From assembly GCA_007133925.1 (NCBI GenBank), contig SLLU01000095.1:1-39143 (forward strand): 39,143 nt of DNA. The letters run 5' to 3'. This DNA is from Candidatus Halarchaeoplasma halalkaliphilum. Its GTDB lineage: Archaea; Thermoplasmatota; Thermoplasmata; Halarchaeoplasmatales; Halarchaeoplasmataceae. Position numbers and translations under genes: made by a program. Below, one piece after another: positions 27,533 through 35,800 of this stretch. Below the pieces are notes generated by a model. The model saw only the letters and a list, made by a program, of their open reading frames with translations. It had not been told where the DNA came from and ran no database searches. Every line of letters starts with the position of its first letter. The stretch's first letter is position 1.

Positions 27533-28828
27533 TTACCTTTCTCTGAAGAGATAGGATGTTTCGAAATCCTCTTCGTAACCGGGAAGATTCTTTTTGGATT
27601 TTCTGGTTTTAATCGGATATACGATCACGACTGCCACGGACGAGATCAAAACTGCCAGTGTTATCGGCGAGGAGAATATCAATCCATGGAGCCAGTTCCT
27701 TGCGCTTATATCAATGTTGGAGTACATATTATCCATCTGAATCACTTCGGATGCATGGACCACTTCACCATAGTTATCGTTCCTTTCTTCTACCGAATCG
27801 AATGGGGTAACGTAAAACTGATCCAACAGGCAATCCCCATCCAAAGAAAAAGTTCTGGTCTCATCCGATACATGGCTGTTCATTGTTACATAAGTCGTTG
27901 TAAATTCGTGTAAACTAAGGTTACTTCCATCTATTGATGCAGGCTTTGATAGGTCTTCCATGGATATATCGATCTCTATTGCTTTAGAGTTGTTCCCTAA
28001 TTGTTCGTGATTGCTTTCGTATCCCACATATATCATAAACCGGTTCACACTAACACGAACATCCTCTAGATGATATTTTAGATTATTAACGGAGAAATCG
28101 ATCTTGTCACCGATTCTTGACTCCTCGATGGCGTTTGTGGTACCTATGTATGGTTCAGAACCGTCCCATATATGGTGAGCTGTCATGGGTGAACCGAGGG
28201 ACCTACCATCCAAGAATATATCACCACTCACATGACTGGTGGTTTTCATCTCCAATTCCATCATTACCCTTACGCTAAAATCCATGTAGTAATCCCTTTC
28301 TCCCATGGTATAATCATGGGTCCATTCTCCCAGTAAGATCTCCTCTGTTTGGGCGACCTGTATCTTATCTTCTCCCATGGTCACATCGAATTCCAGCAGG
28401 GTGGTTTTTGGTATGGAATAACTACCCTGGTAATTGTTATCATTACCGTCTATCCACATATCACACACAAGGTTTCCATCCATGGAGAACCAAAGCAAAC
28501 CATCTTTTCCTTGGGCATCGACCAACACGAAAAAATCTTCTCCGGGGTGGACCTGTTCCGGAACGGTATAAGATACTTCCACGGGTAGTTCCACACCCGC
28601 ACTGATACCTATGTCCCCCTCTATAGCCATGATAGGTGAAGTGGAGGAAAAGTCCATATGAACGCTACCGGAATGTTCGAAATTAATGGATTGGGATCCT
28701 AGTTTGATATTATCATCTTCCGCCCTGCTGTTGAATGGTATGTTTATCACTGTTAAACAGAGTAAAAGCATCACAAAGACTACAACCAAACGCTTATTCA
28801 AATGGTTTTTCCAAAGCATGTCTATCAC
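27533..28828 (-). CDS. Hypothetical secreted protein with C-terminal membrane anchor
   Basis: N-terminal signal peptide (KRLVVVFVMLLLCLTVINIP), acidic beta-rich body, C-terminal TM helix and basic stop-transfer KTRKSKK. Start is 28828 or 28819. Confidence 0.75.
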   Translation of the reverse strand: MIDMLWKNHLNKRLVVVFVMLLLCLTVINIPFNSRAEDDNIKLGSQSINFEHSGSVHMDFSSTSPIMAIEGDIGISAGVELPVEVSYTVPEQVHPGEDFFVLVDAQGKDGLLWFSMDGNLVCDMWIDGNDNNYQGSYSIPKTTLLEFDVTMGEDKIQVAQTEEILLGEWTHDYTMGERDYYMDFSVRVMMELEMKTTSHVSGDIFLDGRSLGSPMTAHHIWDGSEPYIGTTNAIEESRIGDKIDFSVNNLKYHLEDVRVSVNRFMIYVGYESNHEQLGNNSKAIEIDISMEDLSKPASIDGSNLSLHEFTTTYVTMNSHVSDETRTFSLDGDCLLDQFYVTPFDSVEERNDNYGEVVHASEVIQMDNMYSNIDISARNWLHGLIFSSPITLAVLISSVAVVIVYPIKTRKSKKNLPGYEEDFETSYLFRER

Positions 28829-28911
28829 GTCTTACTATAATCAAAACTTCCCAACGAGTATTTAACTATATCTGTAACATGTTGGTGATATCCATGCATT
28901 TTCGATAGAAC

Positions 28912-29343
28912 TCAATGGAAGGAACAATTATCCTTGTCACACGATGGAATATCCCTCCCATGGGGGCATTTGTTAGGCGCACCGAGACGACGACACATCT
29001 CATCAATCATCTCTTTGCTGAATATATGCTCCATCTTGCATGCCTTCTCATGCATCTCGTCTTTATCCAAGGAAAAATATTCCTCAAGAAAAACCTCCAG
29101 GACCCGGTGTTTCCTCACCACGTTCATACCCATTTCAAGACCCTTTTCTGTAAGTGTAATCCCGTAATAGGGTTCGTAATTGATGAGCGCCTCTTGTTCA
29201 AGGGTAGGAAGGACCTCCGTGACCGACGGGGGTGAGATCCCCATCTTGGCAGCGATCTCTCCAGTTTTCACTTTTTTTTCCTGGGAACCGTCAGCCAGTT
29301 TGTAGATGGCCTCCATGTATTCTTCCATGGTTTCAAGGTTCAT
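28912..29343 (-). CDS. DtxR/MntR family metal-dependent transcriptional regulator
   Basis: EEYMEAIY, ISPPSVTE, YEPYYGITLTEKG, RKHRVLEVFL, ACKMEH, CPHGRDIP. No FeoA-like domain. Confidence 0.94.
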   Translation of the reverse strand: MNLETMEEYMEAIYKLADGSQEKKVKTGEIAAKMGISPPSVTEVLPTLEQEALINYEPYYGITLTEKGLEMGMNVVRKHRVLEVFLEEYFSLDKDEMHEKACKMEHIFSKEMIDEMCRRLGAPNKCPHGRDIPSCDKDNCSFH

Positions 29344-29434
29344 GTGTCATCAACATTACTGATATTATAAAACGTTTTGCCACACCTAAAAATCCAGGGT
29401 GTATTCTTATATACCTGAAGTCCTTCGGATAACG

Positions 29435-30235
29435 ATGAAGATGTTTGAAAATATCCCCAAAGAACTAACAAATGTGGTTGTCACCGGAAAGAGCGGTGCA
29501 GGTAAACAACCTAGGATAGACGTGCTGGTAAGCGAATTTCAACTGGAGCAATTATCCACCGGAAACATATTCCGTACCTATCTGGGCAAGTTCAATGAGT
29601 TCGGGTACGATGATGATCTGGGTATATTCTGGGATGAAGAAGAGGACAGTTTCGTATCTGACGATGAGATATCCAAAATACTCGAGACTACCGATCCTGA
29701 TATCATACTGGGCATGAAAGCTAAGTACTTTGTTGACAGGGGTCTTTTTGTACCGGATTACATAACAAACGAACTTTTCAAAGGGTTTTTTTCCCAAAGA
29801 AATTTCAGAGGACAGGTGTTGGATGGTTACCCCAGAACCCTATCTCAGGCGAAATTTCTACTTGAATTACTGGAAGAGAACAAATCCGACATTGATTTTA
29901 TCCTGTGGGTTGAAAACGAGGACAATATGATTATAGAAAGAACCATCAACCGAAGGATATGCCCCGAATGCGGCAAGGTATATCATTTGATCTACGCACC
30001 CCCTAACGACGGTAAATGCAAAGTATGTGATACCGAAGTGATCCAGCGTTCCGACGACACTGAGGAGAAAATACGCTCTCGGTTGAAGGAATTCAGTGAA
30101 AAAGTTATTCCAGCTATGGAATTCATGGAAGAACAGGGTGTGAGCATAGCAAAAGTCCCAGGTCACTTGGAGGAATTTACACCAGAAAACGTTAGAAAAA
30201 GTGTGCTTGGTGCGATCAACGAAATTTACAAGTAG
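29435..30235 (+). CDS. adk: Adenylate kinase family (bacterial-type NMP kinase with Zn-LID)
   Basis: P-loop GKSGAGK, LSTGNIFR, GLFVPD, LDGYPRT..QA, RRICPECG..YH..CKVC, QRSDDTEE. TTATATA box precedes ATG 29435/29441. Confidence 0.88.
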   Translation: MKMFENIPKELTNVVVTGKSGAGKQPRIDVLVSEFQLEQLSTGNIFRTYLGKFNEFGYDDDLGIFWDEEEDSFVSDDEISKILETTDPDIILGMKAKYFVDRGLFVPDYITNELFKGFFSQRNFRGQVLDGYPRTLSQAKFLLELLEENKSDIDFILWVENEDNMIIERTINRRICPECGKVYHLIYAPPNDGKCKVCDTEVIQRSDDTEEKIRSRLKEFSEKVIPAMEFMEEQGVSIAKVPGHLEEFTPENVRKSVLGAINEIYK

Positions 30236-30397
30236 ATCATCCACTCCATAGGAGCAACCAAAAACAGACGAGTTCCCTGTATAAGTCACTTAGACCTATC
30301 TACCTTAGTTTCCACACTCAGTCTTTATGGACCAGTACTACAAAGGAGTTTGGAATTCTAGCGACAATTATAAATGTGTAATGGTAATCCTATCTCT

Positions 30398-31705
30398 ATG
30401 GCCTCTAAGGATTCTCACAACAATAAACCGCTAATCGGTTTTTTACCGTGTTTCTACAGTATAGGTGAAACCATACCTGTGGTAAAGATGGCACAGGAGT
30501 ACATAAAGATGGGGGGCTCTGCCATATTCTTCAGTCATGGTGGAAAATACGAATATCTGGCGGAGGAATTGGGTTGTGACATCATCCGGCTCAACAATAT
30601 TTGGGACGGTTCCAAGGACAGCGAAGAGGAGTTCTTCAAAAGAGGAGGAAAGCTACATGAGTTGGTCAACACACTTTACACCCCTGATAACATAGATGCA
30701 TGTGCAACTGATGAGATAGACGCCTTTCGCAAAACGGGAATACGTATGATAGTCTGCTCTTTCAACCTAAGCGCGAGTATATCCGCTCCGGTGGTTGGTA
30801 TACCGGTGGTGGCGGTGGTTTCGGGTGTTGCTACTCCCCCTTATTATGAGAGATGGGCTACGTTTCCAGATACCTTCGACAATCTGTTCTTTAGGATCTT
30901 CCCGTCATCGTTGAAAGACAGGTTCGCTAAGTGGTTTTTAGTGCGTACTAAGCTGGGTGTCAGGGCATTCAACAAAGTTGCAACAAAGTACGGTGTGGAG
31001 AAGTTCAAGACATATAATGATATTTACTGTGGTGATCATACCCTTGTGGGTGACGATATGGACTATCTGCAAGTGGCACCTTCCGAGCAGATACCAAAAG
31101 AAAATTTCATCGGCCCCATCATATACGGGGAGCCTTACAAGTTCAACCCGGATAGGGTCGATAAGGATATTCTCGAACACATAAAGCGTCCAGGAAGAAC
31201 CATAGTGATCGCCATGGGAAGCACCGGCGATAAGAAGATGTTTCTGGACATAGTAAATGCCATGAACGGAACCAGATACAATGTTATCATAGTTTATAGT
31301 AATGTCCTCAAGGAGAACGAACTACCCAAGGTTAATGAAAACATATTGTTCAAAAATTTTATCGCATTGACCGACGTGACCAAAATGACCGATCTTGCCA
31401 TCACCCACGGTGGTCGCGGGACCACCTACACCGTGGCATATTCAGGGAAACCTGCGGTTTGCATTCCCATGTTCTTCGAACATCAATACAACATCCAGAT
31501 CCTGCAAAGGTACGGCTCTGCAATAATGTTGTCCAAAACACGTTTCTCCACGAAAAAAATGCTCATGAGCATAGAAAACATATTCCAGAACTATGAAACA
31601 TATCTGAATAACGCAAAGAAGGTTGAGAAAAAACTGCCTAAATACGGGTGCGAAAAAAACGGTGCTGAGAGGCTGGTCGAACTCGTTCAGGAACCCAAGA
31701 GATAG
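30398..31705 (+). CDS. GT-B fold glycosyltransferase (GT1/GT28-C, UDP-sugar)
   Basis: IAMGSTG and the signature DLAITHGGRGTTYTVAYSGKPAVCIPMFFEHQYN. TTATAAA at 30368-30374 supports ATG 30398. Confidence 0.9.
   Translation: MASKDSHNNKPLIGFLPCFYSIGETIPVVKMAQEYIKMGGSAIFFSHGGKYEYLAEELGCDIIRLNNIWDGSKDSEEEFFKRGGKLHELVNTLYTPDNIDACATDEIDAFRKTGIRMIVCSFNLSASISAPVVGIPVVAVVSGVATPPYYERWATFPDTFDNLFFRIFPSSLKDRFAKWFLVRTKLGVRAFNKVATKYGVEKFKTYNDIYCGDHTLVGDDMDYLQVAPSEQIPKENFIGPIIYGEPYKFNPDRVDKDILEHIKRPGRTIVIAMGSTGDKKMFLDIVNAMNGTRYNVIIVYSNVLKENELPKVNENILFKNFIALTDVTKMTDLAITHGGRGTTYTVAYSGKPAVCIPMFFEHQYNIQILQRYGSAIMLSKTRFSTKKMLMSIENIFQNYETYLNNAKKVEKKLPKYGCEKNGAERLVELVQEPKR
31687..31701 (+). repeat. Left arm of 15-bp inverted repeat (TCAGGAACCCAAGAG)
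   Basis: 14/15 identical to the reverse complement of 32739-32753. Confidence 0.7.
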
Positions 31706-31715
31706 CTCTCATATC

Positions 31716-32681
31716 TCATTTGTATCCGAAGAATTTCGAATAGTGGGCCATCTTTTTTTCTATATACTTCTGCATCTTTTTCACAGCCGGTTCCCTGGGC
31801 GTTTCTCTGGGGCTGATGTAAGTAGTGAAGTCTATGTATTCGTCCGGCTCGGTATCCAGAAATTCCAGTATCCCTTCGATCACTCCCTGGGGATCTTCAC
31901 AAAGCTCCTCGTATTTTACGCACATGTAATCCTCTTTGGGAACTGTTTTTATCTGCTCGATGAACCGGGTGGTCAGTTTGCTCCATATCCGGGTCACTGA
32001 GTATAATGGCAAAGTGGGGAAACGTCTGTAAAGGAAACGTATCAACCAAAGTCTGAACGGGTTGGAGTATAGGTTCTGGTAGTGTTTATTTATAAACAGG
32101 GAGTAGGGCTGCTTGTTGACCATGAGGTAACGTATGGCCCTGTGGGTGGAATCCAGTATCTCGATGGGCTCCCGGGAAATGAAGACAAATTTAGAATTCG
32201 GTATCTGTTCCTTTATATATCCCACACTTTGAAAATCAAAGGGATTCTTTAACAATAAAGGTTTGTTCTCTTTGGATATGTATTGAACCTTTTTTGCCAT
32301 CTCCTTGAACTTGTGTACATTTTTTGGCTTGATGTAAAAATTTTGTACTCTGTCGCCCAGGACAAATCCATATTCTTCGGGAAAGTCCGCAGTGATGCTC
32401 AAACGATCTATGCCCCTGTCCGTCAAGCCAACTTCCATGAATTCATGGTTCAGACCATCCTTTGCTTTGTTTTCAAGGCCCTTTATGTGATTGGACAGTA
32501 TCTCATCGTATCTGATTATATGGTAAGCCGTGACCGCGTTGAAGCATCCTGTTTCGTAAAGGATCTTGTAGAGTATGCTTGTTCCCGATCTGGGTAATCC
32601 CAGTATGAAGATAGGTTCGTACTTAACATTTTCAATTTTTTTCAGATACTTCTGATCCGGCTTCGTCTCTTCCTTCATCAT
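31716..32681 (-). CDS. Sulfotransferase (PAPS-dependent, Sulfotransfer_3-like)
   Basis: 5'-PSB loop PIFILGLPRSGTSIL, LLLKNP, 3'-PB KFVFISREP...S, VKYEELCEDP. AGGTGG SD precedes ATG 32681/32678. Confidence 0.92.
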   Translation of the reverse strand: MMKEETKPDQKYLKKIENVKYEPIFILGLPRSGTSILYKILYETGCFNAVTAYHIIRYDEILSNHIKGLENKAKDGLNHEFMEVGLTDRGIDRLSITADFPEEYGFVLGDRVQNFYIKPKNVHKFKEMAKKVQYISKENKPLLLKNPFDFQSVGYIKEQIPNSKFVFISREPIEILDSTHRAIRYLMVNKQPYSLFINKHYQNLYSNPFRLWLIRFLYRRFPTLPLYSVTRIWSKLTTRFIEQIKTVPKEDYMCVKYEELCEDPQGVIEGILEFLDTEPDEYIDFTTYISPRETPREPAVKKMQKYIEKKMAHYSKFFGYK

Positions 32682-32738
32682 ACCACCTGTGTGTACCAAA
32701 ATCTTGTTTTCCCCGATAGTTCAATCAATGGTTAGTTC

Positions 32739-32753
32739 CTCTTGGGTTCTTGA
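32739..32753 (-). repeat. Right arm of 15-bp inverted repeat (minus strand TCAAGAACCCAAGAG)
   Basis: Plus strand reads CTCTTGGGTTCTTGA and pairs with 31687-31701. Confidence 0.7.
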
Positions 32754-32814
32754 GTAATTCAACTACCGTTATATTAGCTTTACTGGAGTTTTTCATATGT
32801 GTTGGCATTCCCGT

Positions 32815-35800
32815 TCAAAATGACCTTTGGTAGTTTCCATTCACCATATCATCTCTAAGCCGAGTGAGTTTATCTTCGAGTTCGGATTTTTCAGAGGCTA
32901 TTTTCTCGACCCCCTCATCATAGGCTTCCGAACCGATCTCACCGGCATCCAACTTTGCGGATAGCGTTCGTTCCTCATTTTCAAGGGATTCGTAGTTTTC
33001 CCTATATCCGTTGTATTCGGAGTACTTCTCTTTGAGCTCATCCACTGACATCGCATCGGTTTCCATACGATCCCCGTCTTCGAAATCGGCAAGTGATGTC
33101 TTTGGTACATAATCGTCTTTGAAGATAATCCCCGTCATCTTCAAGACCATCAGGACTATGATTACAGACATGATGATGAGTAATATGGACCTCAACGGGA
33201 TCGGAAAGAGAGGTGCTCCTTCAACTTCAACGCTAACGGTGACCCTTGAACCACCAGTAGTCCCATCTTCATCTACAGCATCGATCCTTAGGTCGAATAT
33301 CCTTGAGCCATCCGATTTCCAAACCAGCGAACCATCGTACGACTCTCCGGGACCCAATGTCAACCCTTCGTAGGAATCTACGGTTTCTCCGTCCACCCTG
33401 AGTCGGATAGTTCTTGTTCCGGATAGATCTCCGGTGTTTGTAACCGTGTACTGGACTGTGACCTTTTCACCTTCCTTGACAGTTTCGTCATGACTGGTGA
33501 TGTTTATTTCGAAATATGCAGGGCGTGGTATTATGACCTCGAAACGGGCGGTGATCGTTCTATCTCTGTTCATTCTCACCGTGGTCTCTTCTTTGCTGTC
33601 GACATGACCTCCGGTCCAACCTGCGAATCGCCAACCCTCCTCGGGGGTAGCGGTGAGATCTACTTCCGTCCCAGGTGCATATGTATGAGTGCCCGCTTCA
33701 GGATCAGTGCGCCCTTCACCCTCGATGTTGATGGTGAGTACATGTCCTGCAGTGTCAAAATTCGCCTGGATCCCCATATCCTCTTCTATGATTATGGTGA
33801 TCTGCTCTTCGGTTTCGATGTGATCTCCTGTCCATCCCGTAAATATCATATTTGCAGACGGGCTGGCCACAAGGGTTATCTCGGTACCTTGTCTATACTC
33901 ACTGGTATAAGGCACGGTTATGGTTTCTCCGTCAAGGGTCACGGTACCGTCCCCCTCAACAGTAACTGTTAAGGTAACGAATTCTTGGAATACTGCCTCT
34001 AATGTCTTATCTTCATCCATCACTATCTCGATGATATCTTCTTCAGACTCATCATCCGGATGATCTCCAGTCCATCCTGCAAAATACCAACCGCTGTCAG
34101 GAACCGCCTCGAGTGTGACCGAGGTACCCTGTCTGTATGGTTCCGAGTAGGGTAAGGACTCTTCAACCCCGTCAATGGTGACGAAACCTTCTCCTTCAAC
34201 ACTCACTGTGAGGGTTACATATTCCTCGAAATGTGCTGTGATCTCCTTATCACTGTCCATTGTGATTGTGATCTCGTCTTCGATACCCGTGTAGTCTCCG
34301 GTCCATCCCGCAAAGTACCATCCAGTATCCGGGATCGCCAAAATGGTTACTTCCTCACCATGCCGGTAAGTGTTTTGCCCTTCTGTCGGGGTCGTTGTAC
34401 CTTCACCTTCAACCACGATTGTCAGGGTACGGTACTCCTCGAAATGTGCTGTGATCTCCTTATCACCGTCTATTGTGATTGTGATCTCATCTTCGATACC
34501 CGTGTAGTCTCCGGTCCATCCCGCAAAGTACCAGCCTAATTCCGGTGTTGCCGTTATAGTAACTTCTTCACCATGCTCGTAACTATGGGTTCCTTCCGCC
34601 GGAACTGTACTACCTTCGCCCTCTACAGATATGGTCAGATTATGCATATCTATTGTGGTGAAATTCCATACTTCCGAAGTTGCTTGGTAGGTCCCATCGT
34701 GAGCACTTACATACCATTGATACAGCCTACCATGTTCCAGGCCTTCCCAGACAATATTGGCACGGCTTTCGCTCTCTACACCTTCGTTCGTACCGATCAA
34801 ACTGTCGTCGGATGCATCGTAGAAGTAAACATCCATGCTATTACCACCCTGATGTTCAACGAAGACACTCAATTCTGGGTTTGAACTAATACCGGTGACA
34901 TCATTTGCTGGAGTTGGTTCTGTGGGGACTAGGGGCCCCTCTTCAAAGTGTGCCGTGAGTACTATATCTTCGGTTATCTCTATGACTATATGTGGGTTAT
35001 TTACATCACCATGGGTTATGCTGTCCGTGTCTCCTGACCAATGACTGAAAAACCATCCGGTATCTGGTATGGCCTGTAGATCAACCAATGTACCATAGTC
35101 GTAGGATTCCTCTTCTGGATCTATTATGACCTCCCCGTCACCCATAACATCAACTGTTAGGTCATAGGTGAATATGCTGAAATGTGCGGTGAGAGTCTTG
35201 TTATCATCCATGATTATGGTTATATTGGAATTCTCTTCTTCACCGGGTGGGAAATCACCCGTCCAATGACTGAAAAACCATCCTGTGTCCGGTGTTGCAG
35301 AGACATTAACTACGGCACCTTCTTCGTAGGAATGAGAACCCACGCGGGGTTCCGTACTCCCCTGACCAACCCGTTCTATGGTAAGCAAATAATCCAGCAT
35401 CTCAGCAAAATGGGCGTTTATGTCATAATCCTGTATCATGTTCACATGTATGATTCTGTCCGTACTCTCGTAGTCTCCCGTCCACTCATGGAAGAACCAA
35501 TTGGCATCGGGGACAGCTTCTATTTCAACAACAGTTCCATGGTCAAACACTCCGGTATAGGGGATCTCTATGACATCTCCGTCTACCTTGATAGCACCTT
35601 CACCCTCAGCGATATCCAGGGTTAGGTTGTAAGTATATATCTCGAAGTGGGCGGTGATGTTTTTGTCACTGTCCATTGTGATGGAAATTTCATCCTCTTC
35701 TCCCTCTCCGGGTGGAAAATCTCCGGTCCAATGGCTGAAATACCATCCGGTTTCTGGAATCGCTTGAACTGTGACGGACTCCCCGTGGTTATAAACATGA

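Noticed and set aside
30236..30397. Possible replication-origin ORB in the adk-GT spacer (GTTTCCAC)
   Set aside because: Only a partial single match, with no G-string, no repeats and no cdc6/orc1 nearby.
34223..34533. DGR template/variable repeat pair or CRISPR-like repeat
   Set aside because: Both copies are in-frame protein repeats, the mismatches are not adenine-specific in one copy, and no reverse transcriptase or cas gene is present.
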